A stretch of 64,000 nt of DNA, taken from NCBI GenBank assembly GCA_041661405.1, contig JBAZUL010000002.1, positions 3,715 to 67,714 on the forward strand, in the 5' to 3' direction. This DNA is from Patescibacteria group bacterium (GTDB lineage: Bacteria > Patescibacteriota > Patescibacteriia > Patescibacteriales > JBAZCA01). Shown piece by piece: positions 28,471 to 37,636 of the stretch (position 1 is its first letter; each line of letters starts with the position of its first letter). A program made the position numbers and the translations under genes. The notes beneath the pieces were generated by a model. It was given only the letters and a program-made list of their open reading frames with translations. It was not told where the DNA came from and did not search any database.

Positions 28471-29988
28471 ATGGATAATTATTCATTATACAAACCGCTG
28501 AAAAATCATTTAGGAAAACTTAGCATAAATGAATCATTTTATGTGATATGGGCTTATTCAAACCATTTGCAATTTGGAAATTCATTTCCTTCTGATATCG
28601 AGACCATACCAGAATTTATTAATGCAAAATCTTTACCTGAAAAAAAGATCTATCAATGGGAATTAGAACTTTTATTACGAGAGATTATAATTAATTCTCA
28701 AGATATTGAAAGAGGATTAAAAACATTAAGAAAATGGAATTATTTTATAGGTGCTATAAACAAAATAAAGGATATTGAAAATAAATTGATTTCTGTCAAC
28801 AAGAATAATGTTTTAAAAGAATTTTTTAGGCTAGCCCATAGACAGTTTCCGTGGCAACTGAATATAAATCTCATGTACTTTTATAGATATTATAGAATTT
28901 TTAATGAAACGGACATTGATAAAATACTATATAACAAAGTCGGCATTCACTACGAGAATTTATTTTTAATGGGAACGTCGTTGCTTGGCCATTTTCAGAA
29001 AAATTTTATTATTAAAGAACCATTCAGCACGAATATAAAAGGTATAGCTAATAATGAGGTAAAAAAATTATTTGATATGATTTCAGTTGAACTAGATGAT
29101 TTTAAAAAAATTATACAAAAAGAGCATACTGTTGATGAAAAATTTGCCTATAATACTTACATATTGAGATTATATCCGATAATAAAAAATAAATTTAAAG
29201 GAGATAATACATATTTTTGTCCTTTGACCACTTTATTGTATTGGCGATTTACCAGCGGAATATATTATGAAATTTGCCGTGAAAAAGATTTTGATAATCC
29301 TTTCGGATATGCTTTTAAAAAATATGTTGGGGACGTTTTAAATAAAGCTAATAAGAAAATGACTATTTACCCCGAAGAATATTATGGTTCAAAGAAAAAT
29401 AAAAAGAATACGGTTGATTGGATATTAGATGAAAAAGACGCCGCCCTATTTATTGAATGTAAGACAAAAAGGTTAATAGTACCGGCAAAAATAGAATTAA
29501 ATAATACAGAATTTTTAGATAAAGAACTAGAAAAAATTTCTGATGCAATAGCTCAGGTTTATAAAACCATAAAAGATCATATTGATAAACAATACCCAAG
29601 TTTTTCGTATGACGAAAAAAGGAAAATTTATCCAATTATTTTGACATTAGAGGAGTGGTATTCATTTCCTGACCCAATTAGTCAAGAAATAAATAAAAAA
29701 GTTAAAGAAAAATTTAATCAAAATGGACTGCCTCTTAAATGGTTGGAAGAAATGCCTTATTCTATATGTGGTATTCATGAATTTGAGGAAATTGTTCAAA
29801 TAATACAAACCGTGGGCATTAAAAAATTTATGGAAAGTAAGTTTTCAACCCCTGAATATGCAAGTTGGGATTTAGGCCCCTTCGTAAATTCTTTTTATAA
29901 AGAAGAAAGAAAAAGCGCGATATTTTTATTCCAAAAAGAGTTTGATGATATGTTAAGCGCAAGAGGTTGCCCGGTCATCAATCATTGA
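28471..29988 (+). CDS. Hypothetical 505-aa protein with a PD-(D/E)xK-like motif, candidate restriction endonuclease or other nuclease
   Basis: VDWILDEKDAALFIECKTKR contains a D...ExK arrangement typical of the PD-(D/E)xK core. Divergently transcribed from the LexA-MTase gene. Confidence 0.3.
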   Translation: MDNYSLYKPLKNHLGKLSINESFYVIWAYSNHLQFGNSFPSDIETIPEFINAKSLPEKKIYQWELELLLREIIINSQDIERGLKTLRKWNYFIGAINKIKDIENKLISVNKNNVLKEFFRLAHRQFPWQLNINLMYFYRYYRIFNETDIDKILYNKVGIHYENLFLMGTSLLGHFQKNFIIKEPFSTNIKGIANNEVKKLFDMISVELDDFKKIIQKEHTVDEKFAYNTYILRLYPIIKNKFKGDNTYFCPLTTLLYWRFTSGIYYEICREKDFDNPFGYAFKKYVGDVLNKANKKMTIYPEEYYGSKKNKKNTVDWILDEKDAALFIECKTKRLIVPAKIELNNTEFLDKELEKISDAIAQVYKTIKDHIDKQYPSFSYDEKRKIYPIILTLEEWYSFPDPISQEINKKVKEKFNQNGLPLKWLEEMPYSICGIHEFEEIVQIIQTVGIKKFMESKFSTPEYASWDLGPFVNSFYKEERKSAIFLFQKEFDDMLSARGCPVINH

Positions 29989-30067
29989 TTTATAATTTTA
30001 GTTTCAAAAGTAGATATGAATAAAAAAGAATTTGCCGCCAAATTGCCCCGCAGATGCGGAGCGGAGC

Positions 30068-30203
30068 GGGCTTTGCCCGCGGGGAAATCATTGCTTTTAA
30101 AAGCGGGGGCTGCGGGCGCTTTTAAAAGCTTTTTATAAAATAGTTTTAAACCTTTTTTTTAAATTCAATTTGAGCTTCGGCGTAAAATCGGAGCCAATAA
30201 AAA
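30068..30203 (+). repeat. Direct repeat copy A (about 135 bp) in the 3' UTR of the 505-aa gene, containing a promoter-like TTAAAT-18-TAAAAT
   Basis: Aligns at about 85% identity with 33641-33750 (GGGCTTTGCCCG...AAAAGCTTTTTATAAAATAGTTT...AATTCAATTYGAGCTTCGGCGTAWAATCGGAGCCAATAAAAA). Followed by its own terminator hairpin at 30204-30231. Confidence 0.6.
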
Positions 30204-30321
30204 TCAAGGCTAACATTGGCCTTGATTTTTTGTACCCAGGGAAGGAGTTAGAACCTAAGTAAAAAATTGACACTTGATGAATAGTTGGATACTCTTAGAA
30301 TAGATAATAACTCAGGAATAT

Positions 30322-31317
30322 ATGAAAGAAATATTAGATAATCCCTTGGAGCAATACCAAGAAATAGAATCTAAGACTGCTAAAAATGAAAATAAAAAAG
30401 AAAAGTGGACAGCAAAAATACGGAAAGCGTTGAGTATTTTTATTGCTACCGGCTTAGTTACTCTTTCCGCCGATCCGGTTCTTGACTCAAAAATTTATTT
30501 TAATGAAAACCATATAGGTAAATTTATTGAATATACGGGAGAAGATAATGAAATCAAGCAGCTGGAAATGGAATATAGGCTTAAGGAGTTGTGCGAAAAA
30601 TATTCAGTTAACATTGTAGGCTTTCTTAAAACGGCGGATGAAGGAGCAAGAGAAAATCGGGAAAAAGAAAAAGGGCCGTTAAAAGTAGAAGGATTTGAAT
30701 CTTTGGGCATTTTTAATGAAGATCTAAAAGAAATGTGGGATGAGACATATCCAAAGAACGCTTTAAATGAAGTTTCCAGAGTTGCTTATATATCCAAGTC
30801 TAAGCAGAATGTAGGGGATTATAATATATCAGGACAGATGATGGCGGCTGGAACGAATATATTAAGCAATGAAATAACATTTTTCAAAAGTTTAGAGGGC
30901 CACTCAAAAAAGAAAGACATAATAGGGACTGCGGATTGGTTTTTTAGTCATGAGCTTGGTCATATGAATGATTGGGCCCATACTGACAATTTAACGCCAG
31001 AGGAAAGAATAGAGTTTTTGCAGGAGGTAACACAATCATTTCTTATGGAAGGGTCGTTTAGAGATGTGTTAGGATATGTAGATTCGATAAATAATCCAGA
31101 CCAGCAGAAACAATTATTTTACAAAGTTGGAGAGTATTGGGCGGGTTTATGTGAATATTATTTTACTTTCCCCGATATTCAATTCAATAGCTTGGAGACG
31201 GCTTTAATTGAAAAATGGTTATTGAAGGGTGAAAAGTTTGATAACTTGGCAATGAAAGAAAAAAGAGTGGGCTATGTAAAAAAAATGCTTGAAACTAACT
31301 ATTATGATAAAAAATAG
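30322..31317 (+). CDS. Putative zinc metallopeptidase-like protein (HExxH)
   Basis: One TM segment near the N-terminus and an HELGH motif (FFSHELGHMNDWAHT). No further family assignment. Confidence 0.35.
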   Translation: MKEILDNPLEQYQEIESKTAKNENKKEKWTAKIRKALSIFIATGLVTLSADPVLDSKIYFNENHIGKFIEYTGEDNEIKQLEMEYRLKELCEKYSVNIVGFLKTADEGARENREKEKGPLKVEGFESLGIFNEDLKEMWDETYPKNALNEVSRVAYISKSKQNVGDYNISGQMMAAGTNILSNEITFFKSLEGHSKKKDIIGTADWFFSHELGHMNDWAHTDNLTPEERIEFLQEVTQSFLMEGSFRDVLGYVDSINNPDQQKQLFYKVGEYWAGLCEYYFTFPDIQFNSLETALIEKWLLKGEKFDNLAMKEKRVGYVKKMLETNYYDKK

Positions 31318-31819
31318 TAAGCTTTTTAGTTTTTTGTTGATTTTACCGTTGTTTATTTTAATCCTTGGCGGTTGCGGCAAAAGCGCTTCGGAGATAGCGG
31401 GCGAAAAAGCGGCTGAAAAAAATATAGAAAACCAAACGGGAGGCCAAGCTAATGTTGACATAAATAACGGCAGTATAAAAATTGAAGGTAGTCTGGGTAA
31501 GATTGAATCCGGCGATAATGTAAAATTGCCGGCATATTTCCCCGACGATGTTTATGTCATTGAGGGTAAAATAATTACTGCATTTTCCAACCAGGCTGAT
31601 AAAAGCATTACGCTTTCTATTGACTCCACCGCGAGCATAAAAGAAGCGTTTACTATATATCAAGAAAAATTAAAAGCCACCGGCTGGCTGATTACCGGAA
31701 TAATGAATTACGGCGATTCCGCGAATGTGATAGCCGAAAAAGATAAGCGCACAGCTTCAATATTTATGAATAAGAGTGGAGATAAAATAAGCGTAGTTCT
31801 TGTTATAGCGGAGAAATAA
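31289..31819 (+). CDS. Lipoprotein of unknown function
   Basis: Signal peptide with lipobox ILGGCGKS. 176 aa. Confidence 0.4.
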   Translation: MKLTIMIKNSKLFSFLLILPLFILILGGCGKSASEIAGEKAAEKNIENQTGGQANVDINNGSIKIEGSLGKIESGDNVKLPAYFPDDVYVIEGKIITAFSNQADKSITLSIDSTASIKEAFTIYQEKLKATGWLITGIMNYGDSANVIAEKDKRTASIFMNKSGDKISVVLVIAEK

Positions 31820-31874
31820 TTTAATTGAGCAGTTCGGAAAAGCTTAAATTTAGTTATTTTTTTTAATAATTTAT

Positions 31875-33572
31875 ATGACTAAGCTGAAAAAAATTAGCCT
31901 CATAATTTTAATAATTGTTACGGCGGCGGGATTTTTTTTATTAATATCATTAAGATCTTTTATCGGATCGGAATTTTTAGGAGTATTAAAAGAAGAGCTT
32001 AGTAAAAAAATGTCAGGTTCGCAAACCGTGGGGCAAGTAACCGCTAACCGCAACGCCGGCAAGTTAAGCATTGCCGAAGTAACTGCGCCGGAATGGAATC
32101 AAGCCGCGCTTTCCCCGGTTATCGGCCAAGCCTATAAAATAGAACGATTAAAAGATGATAATAAGCCCGTAGCCGTAGAGTTTACTTATAACCCGGCTGA
32201 AATAGGCAAAGGAATTCCGGAATCGTCTTTGCGCCTGTTTAAGTGGCACAGTAACGGCAAGAACGGTTTCTGGTCGTTCGTGCCTAGTACGGTAAATACT
32301 GACCAACATGTAGTAACTGCCAGCCTAACCTCGTTTTCAATTTTAGCCGTGCGCGCCCCGCTGATATATTATTTTAGTCCTGAAGAGGTCGGGGAAATCA
32401 ATAATGATTTGCAAAGATTAACCAAAGAAGTTCCGGCCGATACCTGCGGTATAATAATCATCGTTGACGAGGAACTGATTGAAATGAAGGATGGAGAAAA
32501 AATGGAAGATTATTCACGGCCTTTTAGCGAACGTGAAGAGTCTCACGATTGCATAAAAAATCCTAGTAATATTCCCCCGGTACGCCACGCCAGTATTTCT
32601 AAGGAGCGCGAACAGTCCTGGAATAATGAGCAGACGCGCTATGTTAGCTATTTCGTTAATGCAGATGTATTATGGCAAAGAGATCATGAAGAAAGCGTGG
32701 AAATAAAAGGTGCGGTGGTAAATCAAAAGAATAAACCGCTCGAGGGGGTTAATCTGGTTGCCAACAAACAAAACTATAGCACCGCACAAAAAAAGGCCAC
32801 TACGGATAAAGATGGAAAATTTGAGCTTAATTTGCACTCCGGAGAATACGCGTTAAAAATTACACCCGGCAGTAAAAATAAAAATTGTGCTGGTACCGAT
32901 TTTACGGAAAAATTTTTTGAATTCGGCACCTTGCCGGATGACTTGGATAATAAGGGGCAAGAAACTTACCGGCATGGGCCCTGGGATAAAACCATTACTT
33001 TGCAATGCTCGGAATATTATCTTGATGAAACCCTGCAATTGCCGATTAATTCCTCCGTATCGGGCATAAACGTAAAAGGCACGGAAAGCGCGCATATTAC
33101 CGGCCAATTAACTCAGCCAGCTTCCGGCGGCTACGGCTGGGAAGGCGTCTGGGAGATAGACCATGAGGTAAAGACCGAAATAAAAACCAGCGGCGTTATG
33201 AGTATTATGGGCGGCACTATCGCTATGCCCGAGGGAGCCAATCAAACACAGGGCCTTTATAAATATAAAATAAGAATACCGCTGGGCGCCAAAGCCGGAG
33301 ATACTTTTGCCGTTAGCGGCGCTTGGGTCGGGGCTAATTATAAAAGTTCAACGCAAACCAGCGCCGGCAATATGAATACTACGGCTAATGGCGGCCAAGC
33401 TTCGTGGGATATTGGCTCTAGTTCGACAAACGAGCAAAATGGTAAAAATATGCCTATTAATCGCGCTGGCCGGGTTGTATCAGTAGACGGCGAAAACGGC
33501 TTGACCATAGAATTGATATCAAATATGGCTAACGATTTGCCGAAAGTAAAGATAAAACATCAGGCAGAGTAA
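31875..33572 (+). CDS. Secreted/TM-anchored hypothetical protein with a carboxypeptidase-regulatory-like beta-sandwich segment
   Basis: N-terminal TM segment. Segment GAVVNQKNKPLEGVNLVANKQNYSTAQKKATTDKDGKFELNLHSGEYALKITPG resembles CarboxypepD_reg-like domains. Confidence 0.35.
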   Translation: MTKLKKISLIILIIVTAAGFFLLISLRSFIGSEFLGVLKEELSKKMSGSQTVGQVTANRNAGKLSIAEVTAPEWNQAALSPVIGQAYKIERLKDDNKPVAVEFTYNPAEIGKGIPESSLRLFKWHSNGKNGFWSFVPSTVNTDQHVVTASLTSFSILAVRAPLIYYFSPEEVGEINNDLQRLTKEVPADTCGIIIIVDEELIEMKDGEKMEDYSRPFSEREESHDCIKNPSNIPPVRHASISKEREQSWNNEQTRYVSYFVNADVLWQRDHEESVEIKGAVVNQKNKPLEGVNLVANKQNYSTAQKKATTDKDGKFELNLHSGEYALKITPGSKNKNCAGTDFTEKFFEFGTLPDDLDNKGQETYRHGPWDKTITLQCSEYYLDETLQLPINSSVSGINVKGTESAHITGQLTQPASGGYGWEGVWEIDHEVKTEIKTSGVMSIMGGTIAMPEGANQTQGLYKYKIRIPLGAKAGDTFAVSGAWVGANYKSSTQTSAGNMNTTANGGQASWDIGSSSTNEQNGKNMPINRAGRVVSVDGENGLTIELISNMANDLPKVKIKHQAE

Positions 33573-33640
33573 TTTTTTTACAAAAGCGCCTTGTCGCGGC
33601 AAGCGGTGTCAGGATAAAGAATTTGAAATCGCCCAAAGCC

Positions 33641-33750
33641 GGGCTTTGCCCGTGGGGAATTTTTGCTATTAAAAGCTTTTTATAAAATAGTTTCAAATCT
33701 TTTTTTGAATTCAATTCGAGCTTCGGCGTATAATCGGAGCCAATAAAAAA
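33641..33750 (+). repeat. Direct repeat copy B, with TTGAAT-18-TATAAT promoter-like hexamers, followed by a terminator hairpin (33751-33775)
   Basis: See copy A. Copy A carries an extra 22-bp internal duplication. Confidence 0.6.
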
Positions 33751-33857
33751 CCTCGCCATTGCGGCGGGGGTTTTTGTAATAACAGGGCAAGAGTATTTTA
33801 TGCGCATGGCGGGTATTTAATGCTTGAGCTGCCGGTTTGCCTGCTCGTCCCGCAGGT

Positions 33858-34406
33858 TCACCTCAATTCCGTAGCGTTCGCGCGTCTAAACAACAGCGCC
33901 GATATGATGAATAGCATGGCGAAAAACGCGTTTATAGCGAACACGCCAATAACGCCCGCCTCGCCCCAGGAGGCTTTGGCTGGCCAGACAGAGAGCGCGA
34001 TTATCGGGATTAGGATTTGAACCAGTGCTGCCGAAAACAATGTTCGCGCCATTCCGCGCGGCTTAAAGCGGGAGATAAGGGAACCGATGAGTCCGACGGT
34101 AAATACGGCTCCATACATCAAGTTGGCGGGATTGTTCTCGCTTCCGATAATACCAACGGCGCCGTTCGCCCAAAAGAGGAGGAAGGCTCCCGCAAGCCCG
34201 ATGCCAAAAGCAAAACGGTACGTACTGCTTCGCGTCTTTAGATATTGCCATAATTCATAAGCGCCGCCAGCGGCCAGCAGTATGACGCTATAAGCAATGG
34301 CTTCATTCCACTGCACTTCGTTAGTAAACCGCATTGCCAGAGGGATTATCAATATAAGCCCCGCGATAACAACCCATATAATCTGTCTTTTTGTCATGTT
34401 TAGCAT
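33858..34406 (-). CDS. Polytopic membrane protein (third gene of the DUF2975/HTH module)
   Basis: About 5 TM helices. The start is placed at the internal Met, because the longer ORF overlaps the upstream HTH gene. Confidence 0.4.
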   Translation of the reverse strand: MLNMTKRQIIWVVIAGLILIIPLAMRFTNEVQWNEAIAYSVILLAAGGAYELWQYLKTRSSTYRFAFGIGLAGAFLLFWANGAVGIIGSENNPANLMYGAVFTVGLIGSLISRFKPRGMARTLFSAALVQILIPIIALSVWPAKASWGEAGVIGVFAINAFFAMLFIISALLFRRANATELR

Positions 34407-34417
34407 AATAATATTGA

Positions 34418-34633
34418 TTAGATTTTTTTGTCGCTTTGGTATTCCAGTAATTCTCCGGGCTGGCAATTTAAAGCCTTGCAAATCGCTTCCAGGGTCGTAA
34501 GCCTAATCGCTTTGGCTTTTCCGTTTTTCAGTATGGAAACATTAGCCATGGTTATGCCGACTTTTTCCGTTAGTTCAGTAACGCTCATTTTCCTTTTCGC
34601 GAGCATTACGTCAATATTGATTATAATTGCCAT
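34418..34633 (-). CDS. XRE-family HTH transcriptional regulator (YozG-like)
   Basis: 71 aa. MSVTELTEKVGITMANVSILKNGKAKAIRLTTLEAICKALNCQPGELL is the typical YozG-like HTH pattern. Confidence 0.7.
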   Translation of the reverse strand: MAIIINIDVMLAKRKMSVTELTEKVGITMANVSILKNGKAKAIRLTTLEAICKALNCQPGELLEYQSDKKI

Positions 34634-34637
34634 ATTT

Positions 34638-35126
34638 TTAAACAGTTAAATCATTTTCAGACTTAATATCTACGGCGCTTTGCAAAAGTCTTTCAAAAAC
34701 GGCCGCGGCAGTAGCGACTACGATGGAAATAAAAATCAAAACAAGACCTATCATCACGCCACCCGCGATGTCCTCCTCCACTCTGCGCGCCACAACATTG
34801 ATATATCCTTCGGCTCCCACTAGAAAAGCGACAATGATTATCGCGCAGTATTTTATAGTCCTTAAGGCTTTTACGGCGCCTCCCGAAAATACCTCGTTCC
34901 GCCCTATGTACCGGAGCAGTTTAAATGCTTGAAAAAGCGCCACGAAAAAAGCAATGGAGCCGATGTATATATACGCCAAAAAGGGATCATCAAAATATAT
35001 ATCGTAGAGCGTGGTGGCGTGTGCGTTTACGCCCTCAACGCGAGGCTCCCAAAGCATAAGGCCAAAAGCGCCGATGCCGATGAGAATAATGACTGCCTGA
35101 AGAAACATTGTTGATCCTCGTTTCAT
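34638..35126 (-). CDS. DUF2975 family membrane protein
   Basis: Four TM helices with the DUF2975-typical pattern. Precedes the YozG-like HTH, which is the usual gene pair. Confidence 0.55.
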   Translation of the reverse strand: MKRGSTMFLQAVIILIGIGAFGLMLWEPRVEGVNAHATTLYDIYFDDPFLAYIYIGSIAFFVALFQAFKLLRYIGRNEVFSGGAVKALRTIKYCAIIIVAFLVGAEGYINVVARRVEEDIAGGVMIGLVLIFISIVVATAAAVFERLLQSAVDIKSENDLTV

Positions 35127-35289
35127 AAGAAGAGTCTTTAATTATTAATAGCTTTATTTTAATTCATCATTTATCGTTTGTCAATATATTATTATCGTTT
35201 GTATTTTTTTACCGGTTACTTCTTCTTTGACGCAACGTCAATGTCAAGCGGGGTTTTAATATTGGTTTTAGCCGTGATATAATAATTTC

Positions 35290-36546
35290 ATGCGATACGA
35301 CATAATAGTAATCGGCGGCGGGCCGGCCGGAATGATGGCGGCCGGACGAGCCGGGGAGCTTAAAGCCCGGACGCTTCTAGTTGAAAAAAATAGAAACCTG
35401 GGAGTAAAGCTTTTGATTACCGGCCACGGCCGCTGTAACCTTACTAACGAAAAGCATAAGCCCGGGGAATTTATTAGCCAGTTTGGAAAAAACGGTAAAT
35501 TTTTATTTTCCTCGCTTTACCAATTCGGCGCTAAGGACGCGATGGATTTTTTTGAGCGCCGCGGAATAAAACTGAAAATTGAGCCGGGCGGAAAAGTATT
35601 TCCGCAAAGCGACAAAGCGCGAGACATATTAAGCGCCTTAATCGGTTATCTAAAAGATTCAAAAGTGGCGATAAAAACGGGCGCTGAAGTAAAACGGATA
35701 GTAAAAAAAGGCCGCCTGATAAGCGGGATAATCCTTGGCGACGGGACTGAAATGAACGCCAGCGCCTATATAATCGCGACCGGCGGCCGAGCCTATCCTC
35801 AGACCGGATCAACCGGCGACGGCTACAAATGGGCGAGGGAGCTTGGGCATACGGTTATTGAGCCATTGCCGGCGCTAACTCCGATTATTTTAAAAGATAA
35901 ATTCATAAAAAGCCTGCAGGGATTAAGTTTTAGTAATGTTAAAATAAGCGCGCTTAAAGATAATAAAAAAATTCATTCTTTAGCCGGCGATATAATTTTT
36001 ACTGATAACGGCATTTCCGGGCCAATAATCTTAAATTTAAGCCGGCTAATCGCCCGGGAAAAAAGCCCGGAAATAACGTTCGCGATTGATTACTTCCCGG
36101 AAGAGGATTTTGCCGCCTTGGACCGGAAACTGCAAGATAACTTTAAAAGCGAACCCAATAAGTTATTAAAAAATTTACTTCAAAACTTTGTTCCTCCGAG
36201 ACTCGCGGAAGTAATATTAAAATTGGCGGCTGTTAACCCGGAAAAAAAGGCAAACATAGTCACGAAAGATGAGAGAAAAAAACTCGCCAGTCTATTAAAA
36301 GAATTTAACCTTTCTATAAAAAGTTTGTACGGCTTTGAATTGGCCTACATTACTTCGGGCGGGGTGGCCTTAAATGAAGTTGACCCGAAAACCATGCGTT
36401 CAAAATTTGTGAACAACCTGTATTTTGCCGGAGAAGTCCTTGACTTGGACGGTCCGACCGGCGGCAATAATCTTCAGGTTGCCTGGACGACCGGCTTCGC
36501 GGCCGGGGCGGGAGCGGCCGGGGCAATCTTTCCGGATTCAGACTAA
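35290..36546 (+). CDS. BaiN/HI0933-family FAD-dependent flavoprotein (aminoacetone-oxidase-like)
   Basis: N-terminal YDIIVIGGGPAGMMAA dinucleotide fold. Length 418 aa. HI0933-like C-terminus. Confidence 0.75.
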   Translation: MRYDIIVIGGGPAGMMAAGRAGELKARTLLVEKNRNLGVKLLITGHGRCNLTNEKHKPGEFISQFGKNGKFLFSSLYQFGAKDAMDFFERRGIKLKIEPGGKVFPQSDKARDILSALIGYLKDSKVAIKTGAEVKRIVKKGRLISGIILGDGTEMNASAYIIATGGRAYPQTGSTGDGYKWARELGHTVIEPLPALTPIILKDKFIKSLQGLSFSNVKISALKDNKKIHSLAGDIIFTDNGISGPIILNLSRLIAREKSPEITFAIDYFPEEDFAALDRKLQDNFKSEPNKLLKNLLQNFVPPRLAEVILKLAAVNPEKKANIVTKDERKKLASLLKEFNLSIKSLYGFELAYITSGGVALNEVDPKTMRSKFVNNLYFAGEVLDLDGPTGGNNLQVAWTTGFAAGAGAAGAIFPDSD

Positions 36547-36592
36547 ATAAAAAAGGCGGATGTTTTGTTATCCGCCTTTTTAAGGTTAGCAG

Positions 36593-37090
36593 TTAGCCCC
36601 GATAGAGGACCGCGATTTCGTTGCAAAGATGGATGCCTCCTTCCATTCTGTTTTTCGGGCATTCCGCGCAATCCATGAGCACCTTTGAACTAAATAGCTG
36701 GATGCCTACCTTAATAAATCCCGAGGGAAAGAAAAGGTTAGCGGCAAGGTTCTCGGTGGTCAAGGCGAAGATTCTTAGTCTTGGCCAGCTTCTTAGATCC
36801 CGAATCTTTTGTTTCAGGAGCATCTTTGCCAGTCCCTGTTGCTGGTATTCGGGAATGACTTTGAGCGCGATTATTTCCGCGTCAAAGTCATAAAATTTAG
36901 AGCCGACGCAGGCCACTACTTTACCTTTTTGGTTTAGAGCCACAAGGAAATTGGATCTTTGGCTGTCAATTTCCTCCGGCGGCCGGTAGCGTAAGTTCTC
37001 GCCCCGGGTAAGTTCGCTGATCGTCAAAATGTGTTTTTTTTGCGCTTCAACGATCGTGATTGCGTCATTTTTTGTTTCCAGGATTTTCAT
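36593..37090 (-). CDS. GNAT family N-acetyltransferase
   Basis: Acetyl-CoA binding region QQQGLAKMLLKQ and the GNAT fold pattern. 165 aa. Confidence 0.55.
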   Translation of the reverse strand: MKILETKNDAITIVEAQKKHILTISELTRGENLRYRPPEEIDSQRSNFLVALNQKGKVVACVGSKFYDFDAEIIALKVIPEYQQQGLAKMLLKQKIRDLRSWPRLRIFALTTENLAANLFFPSGFIKVGIQLFSSKVLMDCAECPKNRMEGGIHLCNEIAVLYRG

Positions 37091-37149
37091 GACTTTCTCC
37101 TTTTAAGGAACTTAAAATTTGAAGGATCATTACGAGATTTCCATATACA

Positions 37150-37445
37150 AAAAAGCCTCAATGGTCTTGAGGCTGACTGGAAGAGTTTAAAGTTATACAT
37201 TTTAAGCGCTCGCAAACAACCTCAAGAATTTTCTCGGGTTTCTGCGGCGAAGGGCTATTGCCGTTGATTGTTTATGCTTTATATGTTTCATAGCCTTTAA
37301 AAAATGATTAATAAAAAACGCAACCCCGTTTGAGGTTGCGTGTATGAGTTTAAATTATGGAATAATTTTTTTAATCACAATCAAACAACCTCAAGCGGAT
37401 TATTGAGGTTCTGCGGCGGCTATTGCCTGAAATTGTTTGATTAAA
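37150..37445. repeat. Cluster of four related hairpin repeats sharing the CCTCAA...TTGAGG core, including two about 65-bp units (37211-37276, 37378-37442)
   Basis: Both units share CAAACAACCTCAAG...TTCTGCGGCG...CTATTGCC...ATTGTTTG. Additional hairpins GCCTCAATGGTCTTGAGGC (37155-37173) and CGCAACCCCGTTTGAGGTTGCG (37319-37340). Confidence 0.55.
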
Positions 37446-37636
37446 TATTTTCATATTTTCTAACTGTTTTTACAGGATAACAATCATGAGCCATCCTGTC
37501 AAATTGCGGAAAATAAGAAAAATGCGTTAGGTGTAATCGCTGTTTGCAAAACCCGTCTTGTCTATAATGAGGCGGGCTTTTTAATAGGTCTTATATATAG
37601 CCCGGCCAACTTTACTAATTTAGAATAAACAACGAT

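Noticed and set aside
30016-30138. 40-aa ORF (MNKKEFAAKLPRRCGAERALPAGKSLLLKAGAAGAFKSFL) inside repeat copy A
   Set aside because: It is not conserved in repeat copy B, which has a different frame and stops. It is more likely non-coding repeat sequence.
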